DNA from: an uncultured Pseudomonadota bacterium
GTDB taxonomy: Bacteria > Pseudomonadota > Alphaproteobacteria > Rs-D84
Direction: 5' to 3'
Assembly (NCBI GenBank): GCA_902787305.1
Contig: CADAFS010000005.1
Location: forward strand, 1-63,575
DNA: 63,575 bases
The position numbers and the translations under genes were made by a program. Position 1 is the first letter of the stretch, and every line of letters begins with the position of its first letter. The notes under the pieces are model-generated. The model worked only from the letters and a program-made list of their open reading frames with translations, had not been told where the DNA came from and made no database searches. Shown here piece after piece: positions 25,990-35,621 of this stretch.

Positions 25990-28719
25990 ATGAATAAAAT
26001 TCTAATTTTATGCGCAATTATTGGGCCGATTGCTGGCACACCCGCATATTCTGCGGTGCGTGACGCTTCGTCAATTGCACGCACAACCGGCACAGCCACC
26101 GCACGTACTACCGCCACACCACGCGCAACCGCACCACAAAATTCCGTACCAAACGCACGCGCCACACGCAATACCGCCGTCCGCGCCGGCACACTTAGGT
26201 TGGATTCCGCACCACGCACAGCCACAAATACACGCACCCGCGTCATTAGCACCGAAACCCCGGCAAATCCGCGGCGCACGGTACAAATAGGTCGTGCCAC
26301 AATCGCCGGCACCCCAAGTGCCGATATTATGGAAACCCGCACCGGCGCAGAATATGCGCGTTGCAAAACAGCATACTTTCAATGCATGGACCAATTTTGC
26401 CAATTAAAAAATGATGACTATCGCCGCTGTTCGTGCAGTTCGCGAATTTACGATTTAATGTCCACGCGCCAAAACATAATTGATACAAATAACAAAATCA
26501 CAGAATTCACCGAAAATCTTGATGCGGTCGGCCTTAGCGCGGCCCAGGCGACGGCGATGCACACCGCGTCCGACGGCGAAAACGCGCTTGCCGCGGACAC
26601 ATCCGCATCTAAGGCATTACTTACCGCAATCATGAATTCTATCCGTGGTGGTGACACAACTGTCGGCGGCGCAATGTCCGATTTAAACAGCATAAATTTA
26701 TCGTTCGACACGGTGAATATGTTCGGCCTTACCGACACAGCCGCGGTTATCGCATCATATAACGGCACGGAACTTTACAACGCGGTGTATCCGTCATGTC
26801 GCAATATCGTTGCCGCCGATTGCAACAATGCATCACTGCAACGCGCGGTGACGGCATACCTTATGGCCATTGAACAAGATTGCAACACGGTGCAAACCGC
26901 ACTTGAATCAAAACAAAAAGATTTACGCGCCGCCGTGCGCGAAAGCGGGGCGATGTTGGACCTTGCACGCATTGAAAACCGCAACAAGCACAATTCGGAT
27001 AATATGGCAACCTGTATCGGGAATGTAGAGGCCGCCGTCCTTAGCGAGGAAGTTTGCGGTGCAAATTACCATAAATGTCTTGATAACGGCGAATTCATAG
27101 ATGTGACGACCGGCGCGCCAATTGCCGGCGTGGCACGATTCTATGAATTGCAAGACATATTAAAATTCAACCCGAACAAAGACAACATCGATCAAAAATT
27201 GGCCCAGAATCCTGACAATCGTAATTTTGTTAAAAATTTTGAAAGCAAAACAAAAAAATTCGCGGAACCCGCACTTGATAAATGCACTGAAATCGCGGAT
27301 ACGGTTTGGGCGGAATACCTGGACAAGGCACTGCTTGATATATACTATGCCCAAAAGTCCAAGGTTCAAACGATTAAAACCGGGTGTCTTGATTTTATTT
27401 CAAGTTGTTATGATGACCGCGAAACGGCAATAACCGCGGCGATGGCGGAACTTATCGACGGGACAACCGAAATATCACTTTTGCCGGACAAAATCGTCCT
27501 TACCCGCGAAATGTGTAATAACTATATTGAATCTTGCAACAATATGTTTGATAACACCAATATAATTGCGGAATATATTGACCACCAAACCGATACCGAT
27601 ACAACCGCGGCATGTCGCGCCGTGGTGCAACAATGCTTTGACAGTTTCGGCGGTGCAAATTATGAAAACTTTTATTATCCCAGCAGTGGTCTGTTTCAAC
27701 CAGGCGTGGTTGATGATTTAGTATCAAACCACAATACCCCGGAAACGGAAAAACGCATATCGGCACTTGATTGGTTCACGCTTTATGAATATGACGTAAC
27801 CGGCGAACGAAAACCGGGCTATGTTTCCAAATGCGCACAACGCGTTGCCGAAATCCCAAGCTGCGCAGACAAGGTTGAATTAGTATTCGGTGGTCTGGAT
27901 GCCATAATTGCCGATAGATCACTTGACACATATGGTCAATATGTATATGGCGACCCGATAAATCATCATGATGCATACGGATATGGTTGGGCAAAATTGG
28001 ATGATGGGATGACAACAATTCCATGGAATGCCCCAAATTATAAATTCAAAAATCGCCGCTTACGCCCGACCGGTGTTGCGACCGAGGTTTATAACCAGAT
28101 TATCGACAACCTGATTACCCAATGCATGAACGTCGAAGGCAAATTCATCGAAGCACAATTTGTGGATCATAGAAGGTATGGCACAGATACACAGCACGAG
28201 TTATGCAAAATTAAAACTCCAAATACATTAAGTCCTGACTATTGTCATGTAGACAATAACACCGACCCCAACATCGGAAAATTATGCAGATGTTATGGTT
28301 TAATTGGAAGTTTTGGTACTATTCCCGGCATGTCACAGCCGTCTCCGGTTGATTTTGAATATGTTTGTCCAAAAGATTACAATTTAACCACGGATACCGA
28401 TGCATGGGGTGTGTGTTCTTGTTGGGAAAACGGCGGCCGCCGAAGCCAAAAGGGACACAGCACCAAATGTATGGCTATTTTACCGGTATCTTCTGATCTT
28501 GCCTTCACAGATTGTACAGAAAGCATGACAATCAACTTGTTAGATTCGGGGGAGATTAACTATTATTCGCAATGGTGTAATGCACCCGTAGATCCAATAA
28601 CCAATAAGGTAATACCGATATTAAAACCGTACATTTATACAGGAACAGAAATTGACTGTAGAACATTAATGGAATCCGGTGACATAATCGTTCCCGACGG
28701 CATTACACGATATAACTAA
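25990..28719 (+). CDS. large secreted Cys-rich protein (paralogue family with 59897..60835)
   Basis: Signal peptide MNKILILCAIIGPIAGTPAYSA, an Arg/Thr/Ala-rich stretch, then C...Y..CMD.FC......Y.RC.CS.R and many paired Cys over about 750 aa. Confidence 0.65.
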   Translation: MNKILILCAIIGPIAGTPAYSAVRDASSIARTTGTATARTTATPRATAPQNSVPNARATRNTAVRAGTLRLDSAPRTATNTRTRVISTETPANPRRTVQIGRATIAGTPSADIMETRTGAEYARCKTAYFQCMDQFCQLKNDDYRRCSCSSRIYDLMSTRQNIIDTNNKITEFTENLDAVGLSAAQATAMHTASDGENALAADTSASKALLTAIMNSIRGGDTTVGGAMSDLNSINLSFDTVNMFGLTDTAAVIASYNGTELYNAVYPSCRNIVAADCNNASLQRAVTAYLMAIEQDCNTVQTALESKQKDLRAAVRESGAMLDLARIENRNKHNSDNMATCIGNVEAAVLSEEVCGANYHKCLDNGEFIDVTTGAPIAGVARFYELQDILKFNPNKDNIDQKLAQNPDNRNFVKNFESKTKKFAEPALDKCTEIADTVWAEYLDKALLDIYYAQKSKVQTIKTGCLDFISSCYDDRETAITAAMAELIDGTTEISLLPDKIVLTREMCNNYIESCNNMFDNTNIIAEYIDHQTDTDTTAACRAVVQQCFDSFGGANYENFYYPSSGLFQPGVVDDLVSNHNTPETEKRISALDWFTLYEYDVTGERKPGYVSKCAQRVAEIPSCADKVELVFGGLDAIIADRSLDTYGQYVYGDPINHHDAYGYGWAKLDDGMTTIPWNAPNYKFKNRRLRPTGVATEVYNQIIDNLITQCMNVEGKFIEAQFVDHRRYGTDTQHELCKIKTPNTLSPDYCHVDNNTDPNIGKLCRCYGLIGSFGTIPGMSQPSPVDFEYVCPKDYNLTTDTDAWGVCSCWENGGRRSQKGHSTKCMAILPVSSDLAFTDCTESMTINLLDSGEINYYSQWCNAPVDPITNKVIPILKPYIYTGTEIDCRTLMESGDIIVPDGITRYN

Positions 28720-28745
28720 AAACCGGCGCGATGCGCCGGTTTTCA
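28719..28745. terminator. bidirectional hairpin between convergent genes
   Basis: aaaaaccggcgc-gat-gcgccggtttt. Confidence 0.7.
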
Positions 28746-28767
28746 CTAATCACTAGCCACTTACACT
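28745..28767 (-). repeat. TAGTG-type array overlapping the lpxB stop codon
   Basis: Minus-sense gtgtaagtggcTAGtgattagtg. The last lpxB codons (E S V S G stop) are encoded by the array. Confidence 0.8.
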
Positions 28768-29871
28768 TTCCGCTATTATTTTACTTGCCGCGCCTTCGGG
28801 ACGAACCCACATATTATCCGCCGCATGCAATTCAGAAATAATCTTTTCACGTGCGCCCGGGACGGTCATTTTATCGAACGCATGCACGATATTTTTTGCC
28901 GTTGCTTTTTCGCCCAAAAATTCCGGATACACCGTGCGATTTAACAAGATATTTACCAGCGACGCCCATCGCACACGTATCAGCAAATGTCCAATCCATG
29001 TTGTGATCCTGTTCATTTTATAAACCACAATCGCCGGCACATGCAACATCGCCATTTCCACGGACACCGTTCCACTTGCCACCACGGCGACATATGTCCA
29101 CCGATAAAGGTCATATCGCGCCGCCGCCGGTATGATTTCAGGCTGAACATTCCAATTTGCCACCACCGATTTCACATATTCCGCGGTTGTTTCGACAACC
29201 GGAATCGCAAATTTATATCCGTTCGCATTTGGGATTTTTTCGATAAATTCACGAAATACCGGCAATAAACGTTTGACTTCGCCCATGCGACTTCCAGGAA
29301 CCAGGGTTATAATTTTTTCATCCGCCACACGTGGTTTATCGGCCCCAACCAACCCTTCGGCAATTGGATGCCCAACCGCAATCGTATCCAAACCATATTT
29401 GGTGAAATAGGGCACTTCGAAATCAAAAAACGCATACAGTTTATCAAACGTCCGCGCATATTTTTTCGCACGCCCCGGACGCCAGGCCCAAACCTGGGGC
29501 GCGACAACATGATGAAACCGCAGGCCATTTGCAATCATTTCGCGTGCACGCGCACTTTTGCGCAATTTTTTTATCACCGAACGCGCAAAGCCCGGCGAAT
29601 CAATTGTTAAAACCGTGTCCGGTGCATATTTAATAATCGCATCGACGGTCTGATTTATACGCCGCGACAGTGTGCGCGCGTGCGCCAAAACCTCTATAAC
29701 CCCCATAACCGACAAATCCGACATTGGAAAGATGGATTTTAATCCACACGCCGTCATTTCCGCGCCACCAATACCGGCAAATTCCGCGTTCCGCATTTGT
29801 CGCATTATGCGCGCCCCCAATGCATCACCCGACACTTCGCCCGCAATGATAAAGATTTTTTTATTCGGCAT
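28753..29871 (-). CDS. lpxB: lipid-A-disaccharide synthase
   Basis: KIFIIAGEVSGDALGA N-terminus typical of LpxB. The ATG at 29871 is preferred over the TTG at 29886. Confidence 0.85.
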   Translation of the reverse strand: MPNKKIFIIAGEVSGDALGARIMRQMRNAEFAGIGGAEMTACGLKSIFPMSDLSVMGVIEVLAHARTLSRRINQTVDAIIKYAPDTVLTIDSPGFARSVIKKLRKSARAREMIANGLRFHHVVAPQVWAWRPGRAKKYARTFDKLYAFFDFEVPYFTKYGLDTIAVGHPIAEGLVGADKPRVADEKIITLVPGSRMGEVKRLLPVFREFIEKIPNANGYKFAIPVVETTAEYVKSVVANWNVQPEIIPAAARYDLYRWTYVAVVASGTVSVEMAMLHVPAIVVYKMNRITTWIGHLLIRVRWASLVNILLNRTVYPEFLGEKATAKNIVHAFDKMTVPGAREKIISELHAADNMWVRPEGAASKIIAESVSG

Positions 29872-30661
29872 TTCCGGTCGTTCCAATTCCGCGTTTTGAA
29901 CGGTTTTCTATGAAATCAATCGCATCCATCGCGTATTTGTTGTTTTTAACCTCGCGCCGGACGCGGGCCAAGCGTTCCGCAACCGTGCCACCCGTTTCAC
30001 GAAACACCGCCGAATAAACGGAATGAATTGCGTGCATATCTTCGTTCGTGAACCCATGCCGCATCAGTCCCACACGATTTATCGTTCGATATGTTGCACG
30101 TGGCCCATCGTATATTGCATAGGGCAAAATATCATTTGGCACGCCCGACATTCCACCAATAAACGCGTTGCGCCCGATGCGCGCAAATTGCAAAACCATA
30201 ACGCCACCGGACAAAATTGCGAAATCTTCGATTTCAACATGACCGGCAACCTGGACCAGGTTAGACATAACCACACTGTTTCCCACCTTGCAATCATGAC
30301 CAACATGTGCATTTACCATAATTTGACAATCGTCACCAATAACCGTTCCATCCGACGCCGGCGTTCCCGAATGAATTGTCACATATTCACGAATTTTACA
30401 ACGCTTTCCAATACGCAAGCCCGTCATCGCGGATTCATCTTGCCATTTTAAATCCTGGCTCATGACGCCCAAAACCGCAAAAGGATAAATAATTGAATCA
30501 TCGCCAATACTGGTTTTCCCGCCCAAAACCACATGCGACACCAATTCAACCCGATCGCCCAGCACGACGTCGGGACCGACAATGCAAAACGGCCCAATTT
30601 TACAGTCCGCGCCAATCTTTGCGCCCGGCTGTATAACCGCACTTGGATGTATTTCTGTCAT
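29861..30661 (-). CDS. lpxA: acyl-ACP--UDP-N-acetylglucosamine O-acyltransferase
   Basis: IHPSAVI.PGAKIG....IGPFC.VG hexapeptide repeats and an LpxA C-terminal helical domain. ATG at 30661. Confidence 0.9.
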   Translation of the reverse strand: MTEIHPSAVIQPGAKIGADCKIGPFCIVGPDVVLGDRVELVSHVVLGGKTSIGDDSIIYPFAVLGVMSQDLKWQDESAMTGLRIGKRCKIREYVTIHSGTPASDGTVIGDDCQIMVNAHVGHDCKVGNSVVMSNLVQVAGHVEIEDFAILSGGVMVLQFARIGRNAFIGGMSGVPNDILPYAIYDGPRATYRTINRVGLMRHGFTNEDMHAIHSVYSAVFRETGGTVAERLARVRREVKNNKYAMDAIDFIENRSKRGIGTTGNAE

Positions 30662-30732
30662 ATAATCACCCCATATTTTATATGGATAATACCGCACACA
30701 CAGAAATTTTGTTATTCAGTAAATATAACGAA

Positions 30733-31788
30733 TTATAACAAGAATCGCGCATCGGGCCGAACATCTTCGGAATTCAAAACCGCAATCCAAAACAACCCAA
30801 GCGCACTTATCGTCGGCACATCAATCAAAATTCCAAACATTATGACCGCAAGTCCCATCATTTTGCCACGCACACTGTCCGCGACAGATTCACGATGCCA
30901 AACCGACATTGCGAACAAAACAAACGCCATAAAGGTTGTTGCAATAAAAATCGGTACCGCTTCGGTAAGTAAAAATAACACCAAACACAGCGCGGTTCCA
31001 AATCGAACAAGCCATTTAAGTTTAACAAACGCACTTTTATGAATCCGCCCGCGCGCCGGCACAATATCCGTTGCGACCGCCGCGGCAATCAATATCCCCG
31101 TCATCATAATCCCGATTAAATGTATCGGGGTCAGGTTCCCAAGTTGCCCAAACCTAAAAAATTCCGGTTGCATCAACAGTGCGATTGTTGCCACAAACAT
31201 CAATGCCGACATGCACAAAACCCCACGCAATCGCCACGCACGCGTGCGCCCAATCAAAAGCCCGGTGCAAACGGCACCAACCTGTAAAATCGGCCCCCAC
31301 CAATTTAGTGTATCACTAAATCCCACCGGCACCATCAAAAGCAAGAATAGGGCGACATTTACCCACCACCGGCGACGCACACTTGCGCGCGCACTTCCAT
31401 ACCATATTGGCAACGGCACCGCACGCGTTTTCGTTCCAATAAAGACGCACGAAACAAACAAAATTCCCGCCGTCACCCACGGCAAAAGCGACACCCCGTC
31501 ACGCAAAACATCATAATTTCCGCCCATAAAAACAATCCAAAGCGCGACCATAATAATGCACCAAAACGCAATCCGTTCCGGATTTATGAAATCCGCAAGC
31601 CCAAGTTTTTTTCCATAAAAACGCCCAAACAAATATACGCCTATGAACAACGGCACGCACAACACCGCATTCCAAAAGAACGCCGGTGCAACAATTGCAG
31701 CGTTATTAAAAGCACTTATTGCGCTATTCACAACCATATTATCTTGAAACATAAACTTGCCTTTTGATTTGAAAAGATTATTATACAT
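30733..31788 (-). CDS. polytopic membrane protein, unknown function
   Basis: About 9-10 hydrophobic helices. Start is uncertain (31788, 31752 or 31737): the first ATG is only 2 nt from the divergent 31791 start. Confidence 0.55.
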   Translation of the reverse strand: MYNNLFKSKGKFMFQDNMVVNSAISAFNNAAIVAPAFFWNAVLCVPLFIGVYLFGRFYGKKLGLADFINPERIAFWCIIMVALWIVFMGGNYDVLRDGVSLLPWVTAGILFVSCVFIGTKTRAVPLPIWYGSARASVRRRWWVNVALFLLLMVPVGFSDTLNWWGPILQVGAVCTGLLIGRTRAWRLRGVLCMSALMFVATIALLMQPEFFRFGQLGNLTPIHLIGIMMTGILIAAAVATDIVPARGRIHKSAFVKLKWLVRFGTALCLVLFLLTEAVPIFIATTFMAFVLFAMSVWHRESVADSVRGKMMGLAVIMFGILIDVPTISALGLFWIAVLNSEDVRPDARFLL

Positions 31789-31790
31789 GT

Positions 31791-32465
31791 ATGACTAAAA
31801 AACAAGGTTTTTTTACCATAATGGGTGGCCGGGTCAAAATGCAATTTGGCCCGTATAACCCAACATCTGATGCGGTATGGCTTGCCGCATTTGTGGACGG
31901 GAAACCCAAAACGGTTTTGGATGTTGGCACGGGAACGGGCGCGGTTGCACTTTGCCTTATGGCGCGAATTCCCGGAATTGACATGACCGCAATTGATGTG
32001 TCCGATGAAATGTTGACGGCGGCACGGCAAAATTTCGAATTAAATAACAAAAGCGCCACATTTATAAATGCGGACATATTGTCTTGGCGCACAAATAAAA
32101 CCTTTGATTTGGTTATAACAAACCCGCCATATTTCAAGGGAATGCCCGCGGCGCACAATGCACACCATAACGCCGATTTAACCCTTTGGACGCGCCGGTG
32201 CATTGCACGCACCCGTCCAAACGGCACATTTGCGACAATCGTCGATGCCGCCGAATGCGCCACCGTTATTGCCGAAATGACCCGGCACTGTGGTGATATA
32301 AAGATTTTACCATTATTTAGCAATAAAAACACCGCCGAACGCGTTTTGCTGTCCGCCCGGGTTGGGCGCGCATCGCACACAACGATTTTTTCACCCCTTT
32401 CCATGAACTGCGACACCATTTTGCGTGACGGCCACCCCGTCAAAGACATTATATCCGGGGCCTAA
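31791..32465 (+). CDS. SAM-dependent N6-adenine methyltransferase (TrmN6/YfiC-like)
   Basis: SAM motif VLDVGTGTGAVAL and catalytic NPPY (VITNPPYF). Confidence 0.75.
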   Translation: MTKKQGFFTIMGGRVKMQFGPYNPTSDAVWLAAFVDGKPKTVLDVGTGTGAVALCLMARIPGIDMTAIDVSDEMLTAARQNFELNNKSATFINADILSWRTNKTFDLVITNPPYFKGMPAAHNAHHNADLTLWTRRCIARTRPNGTFATIVDAAECATVIAEMTRHCGDIKILPLFSNKNTAERVLLSARVGRASHTTIFSPLSMNCDTILRDGHPVKDIISGA

Positions 32466-32475
32466 ATGTGATTTC

Positions 32476-32504
32476 TTGACTATTGCAGATTATTGCTCTA
32501 TGAT
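32476..32504 (+). promoter_or_regulatory. sigma70-like promoter for the M23 peptidase-bactofilin-rpiB unit
   Basis: TTGACT-17 bp-TATGAT. It overlaps the TTG start of the track ORF, which argues for the ATG at 32514. Confidence 0.5.
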
Positions 32505-32513
32505 TTAATAGTT

Positions 32514-33791
32514 ATGATAAATTTTATAACACGATATTTTACATCACTTTGGGCGTTCATAACCGCACCTTTCCGGGCAATATGGCGCATAATCACGCGA
32601 ATTTTTCCACCGCGCGAATTTACCGTTATGGACACGCCACGCGGGAATGTTTACACTTTTCAACAGAGCAGTTTTTGGCGTTTCACTAAATTTTGCGGCA
32701 AAATAGGCCTGTTTGTATGGGCCACATGGTCAACCTATGTATTTTTATATCATCGCCCAATGCTGCAAATGCGGACGGTTCAGTTGGAAAATATGAAGCA
32801 AAAATACGCGCATCACATGATTGACCTTGGGAAATACCTTGAAAAATACAATGAACTTACAAAAAACGTTAATGTTATCGATGACAAATTGCTTAAAGAT
32901 ACCCAACTAACCACCGAAGAAAAAGAGGCGCTTATCAACGAACGCCTTAAAACATGGGGGGAATTAGATTTCCTTAAAACGCGTGTGACCGAAATGTTCA
33001 CCGATGAAGAATACGCCCCCGAATATACCAAGGTTTCGGATTTGGCGGTCGAATATGAATTGACCTTGGCGGAAAACATTGAAATTAAAAAGCGCGACAT
33101 TGAATTACTTGAAACCGTGGCCAAGGTTATTGATGCCGATAATAAAATCATTGATGCGGTTTCCAAACTTGCCGGTGACAAGGTTGCAGAATTACGCGAT
33201 GAATTGCACCACATAAACGGAACACTTGCGACATTGGGCCTGTCGGAGGCAACGCTTGTTAAAAATGCGAATCGGTTTTCCAATCAATTTGTTGGTGCGG
33301 TATTCAATCCGCTTGAAATCGACAAAGAATTGGACGAAAAATATCAAAAATTGGCGGATAACATAACACTTTGGAACGGCCTTAGCAAATTAAAGAAAAC
33401 ATTACCACTTGGCGCACCGATTAAGGATGTCCGCGTCACATCAAAGTATGGCCGGCGCAAGGATCCATTTACCGGCGAACAAAAACAACACAAAGGTATC
33501 GATTTCGCCGGAAAAATTGGCACCGAACTTATGGCGGTGGCGCCGGGCCGCGTAATATCGGCGGGCGAACGCGTTGGATACGGCACAACGGTTGAAATCG
33601 ACCACGGACTTGGGTTCACAACATTGTACGCACACCTGTCAAAAATTGCGGTATCGCGCGGCGATTGGGTGCGACCGGGAACAATTGTTGGACTTGGGGG
33701 CTCTTCGGGGCGGTCAACAGGTCCACACTTGCACTATGAAATACGGTACAAGGGAAATCCATTTGACCCCGAAAAATTTGTAAAGGAATAA
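32514..33791 (+). CDS. membrane-anchored coiled-coil M23 (LytM) peptidase
   Basis: HKGIDFAG..G....A...G.V...........G..V.IDHG.G..T.Y.HLS and GSSGRSTGPHLHYE motifs. N-terminal TM helices and a coiled-coil middle. Confidence 0.85.
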   Translation: MINFITRYFTSLWAFITAPFRAIWRIITRIFPPREFTVMDTPRGNVYTFQQSSFWRFTKFCGKIGLFVWATWSTYVFLYHRPMLQMRTVQLENMKQKYAHHMIDLGKYLEKYNELTKNVNVIDDKLLKDTQLTTEEKEALINERLKTWGELDFLKTRVTEMFTDEEYAPEYTKVSDLAVEYELTLAENIEIKKRDIELLETVAKVIDADNKIIDAVSKLAGDKVAELRDELHHINGTLATLGLSEATLVKNANRFSNQFVGAVFNPLEIDKELDEKYQKLADNITLWNGLSKLKKTLPLGAPIKDVRVTSKYGRRKDPFTGEQKQHKGIDFAGKIGTELMAVAPGRVISAGERVGYGTTVEIDHGLGFTTLYAHLSKIAVSRGDWVRPGTIVGLGGSSGRSTGPHLHYEIRYKGNPFDPEKFVKE

Positions 33792-33793
33792 AA

Positions 33794-34138
33794 ATGTTGG
33801 CATTTACAAACGCAGATGAAAAAACTTCACCGACCATAATTGGCGCGGGATGCAAACTGACCGGCAATATCATAACCGACCACAGCGTCCAAATCCACGG
33901 CCATATTGTTGGCGATGTCACGGCGGACACAATTGTTATCGGTCGTGGCGGCGTGGTCGAAGGAAAAATTCAGGCAACAAACCTGTTTTTGCACGGGACA
34001 CTAAACGGTCCGGCGACGGTTGATATTGCAAATGTGTTCAGTCATGCACAAATGATTGGCACATTGACATACCGAACATTGAACATAACCGCCAATACGG
34101 GACTTGAATGCAAATTGGCAAAGCGCAAGGATAAATAA
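33794..34138 (+). CDS. bactofilin
   Basis: Beta-helical repeat pattern IG.G..L.G.I......V.I.G.I.GD......V.I...G.V.G.I typical of DUF583/CcmA. Confidence 0.8.
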   Translation: MLAFTNADEKTSPTIIGAGCKLTGNIITDHSVQIHGHIVGDVTADTIVIGRGGVVEGKIQATNLFLHGTLNGPATVDIANVFSHAQMIGTLTYRTLNITANTGLECKLAKRKDK

Positions 34139-34140
34139 AG

Positions 34141-34587
34141 ATGAATAAAAATATCGACAAGGTATTTATTGCCGCCGACCACCGCGGGGTAGGGTTAAAA
34201 CTCTATTTAATCGAAATGCTAAGTGCATTGGGGTACAACATGGTGAACCTTGGCACGGACGATTTAGATACACCGGTGGATTTTCCGGATGTTGCAAAAA
34301 CACTTGCCGATGCAATGTTGGATACGCCTAATGCGCGCGGGATTTTGGTATGTGGCACGGGTGCGGGTGTTCAAATTGCGGCGAATCGCTATCGTCATAT
34401 CCGTGCATCGCGTTGCGATAGGCCGGACCAGGCACGCGACGATAGGTTCCACGATGATATAAATGTTTTGGCACTTGGCGCGGACGATATTGATATTGAA
34501 ATGGCGTTCCTTTGTGCAAGGGCATTCCTTGAAAGCCCATTCGACGATTGCGAAAAACGCCGCCGGCGAATTGAAAAGATTTCGTAG
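34141..34587 (+). CDS. rpiB: ribose-5-phosphate isomerase B
   Basis: IAADHRG..LK, GILVCGTGAGV.IAANR, and NVLALGA motifs of RpiB/LacAB. Confidence 0.85.
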   Translation: MNKNIDKVFIAADHRGVGLKLYLIEMLSALGYNMVNLGTDDLDTPVDFPDVAKTLADAMLDTPNARGILVCGTGAGVQIAANRYRHIRASRCDRPDQARDDRFHDDINVLALGADDIDIEMAFLCARAFLESPFDDCEKRRRRIEKIS

Positions 34588-34647
34588 TGTAAGTGTTAGT
34601 CCGTCACGACCGCGGCGCGGCGTGCCGCGACGGGTGATAAGTGTAAG
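34585..34647 (+). repeat. array - GC hairpin - array module overlapping the rpiB stop
   Basis: TAGtgtaagtgttagt + ccgtcacgaccgcggcgcggcgtgccgcgacgg + gtgataagtgtaag. The hairpin is near-identical to 22254-22287. Confidence 0.85.
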
Positions 34648-34678
34648 AAAACACCGCCCATCCGGGCGGTGTTATTTG
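34648..34678 (+). terminator. rho-independent terminator after rpiB
   Basis: acaccgccc-atcc-gggcggtgt followed by tatttgg. Confidence 0.7.
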
Positions 34679-34706
34679 GATTTGCTTTATGTTATGATAA
34701 AACGAA

Positions 34707-35489
34707 CTATTTACTAGTATTCATATACATTTTACAACGCTGCGCCAATGCATAAGGAATGGTTTTTTCGTCAAAACTTTCCCAAATTCTTACGGCATCT
34801 TCATGATGTGATAACAAATGCCCCATCATGACATTTTCTGCGAATGCAAAAGCGGTCTTATTGTTTTTGATATTAATTTGACCATTCATCAACATATCAA
34901 AATATGTACGATCCTTAGCAGACATACTGTTAATAACATCAGGAACCAATCTCACCAAACGTTTAACTTGGTATGTATTCAGATTATATTTCTCGCCCGA
35001 TTCTTTCAACCCAGACATCATATCCACGGCCTGAATTGTTTTTTTGGCTTTACGATATTTTTCATTGTTTCCTTGCCATTCTGCCATAGCAACAATTATT
35101 GTGATAATCAAAGCCGCTATCTGTCGATACCAAGTAGTCGTCGGCTTGAACTTGCCGTCAACAAATGGATTTACAACGGACTTGCTCCATTCCTCTCCAT
35201 ATGTCTCCTTGCCCTGAAATGCGTCAATAAACCCATTTACCATAATACCAAGAGAGAACCACACGCAAAAACCCATAGGAATCCACCCCAAAGCACTCCA
35301 CATCGCTTTACGACGTTTTTTGAAATACGAATCCAAATCCACGCCTTGTTCTTTCAATAATTCCTTACGTTCTGAATCTTTTGTTTGTACTTCATTTGCT
35401 TCGACTAATTTTTTTTGTTTTTCTGCTTCTGCAGCTCTTTTAGCCTCCAACTCTTTGTCAGATACACCAAAAAAATTTCTTTTGCCCAT
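34707..35489 (-). CDS. hypothetical membrane protein (AT-rich orphan)
   Basis: Lys/Glu-rich N-terminus and two hydrophobic helices. No family recognised. Confidence 0.5.
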   Translation of the reverse strand: MGKRNFFGVSDKELEAKRAAEAEKQKKLVEANEVQTKDSERKELLKEQGVDLDSYFKKRRKAMWSALGWIPMGFCVWFSLGIMVNGFIDAFQGKETYGEEWSKSVVNPFVDGKFKPTTTWYRQIAALIITIIVAMAEWQGNNEKYRKAKKTIQAVDMMSGLKESGEKYNLNTYQVKRLVRLVPDVINSMSAKDRTYFDMLMNGQINIKNNKTAFAFAENVMMGHLLSHHEDAVRIWESFDEKTIPYALAQRCKMYMNTSK

Positions 35490-35560
35490 TTTCTACTCCT
35501 TTTTATCTAATGGTTATACATAATATAACACTAAACAACACATTGTCAAGTGATTTTATC

Positions 35561-35592
35561 AAAAAACTAGAAACCGCCAATTCTGGCGGTTT
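35561..35592 (-). terminator. rho-independent terminator after leuS
   Basis: Minus-sense aaaccgcc-agaatt-ggcggttt followed by ctagtttttt. Confidence 0.7.
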
Positions 35593-35621
35593 CACTAGCC
35601 ACTAACACTAACCACTTACAC
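35593..35621 (-). repeat. TAGTG-type array overlapping the leuS stop codon
   Basis: Minus-sense gtgTAAgtggttagtgttagtggctagtg. Confidence 0.85.
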
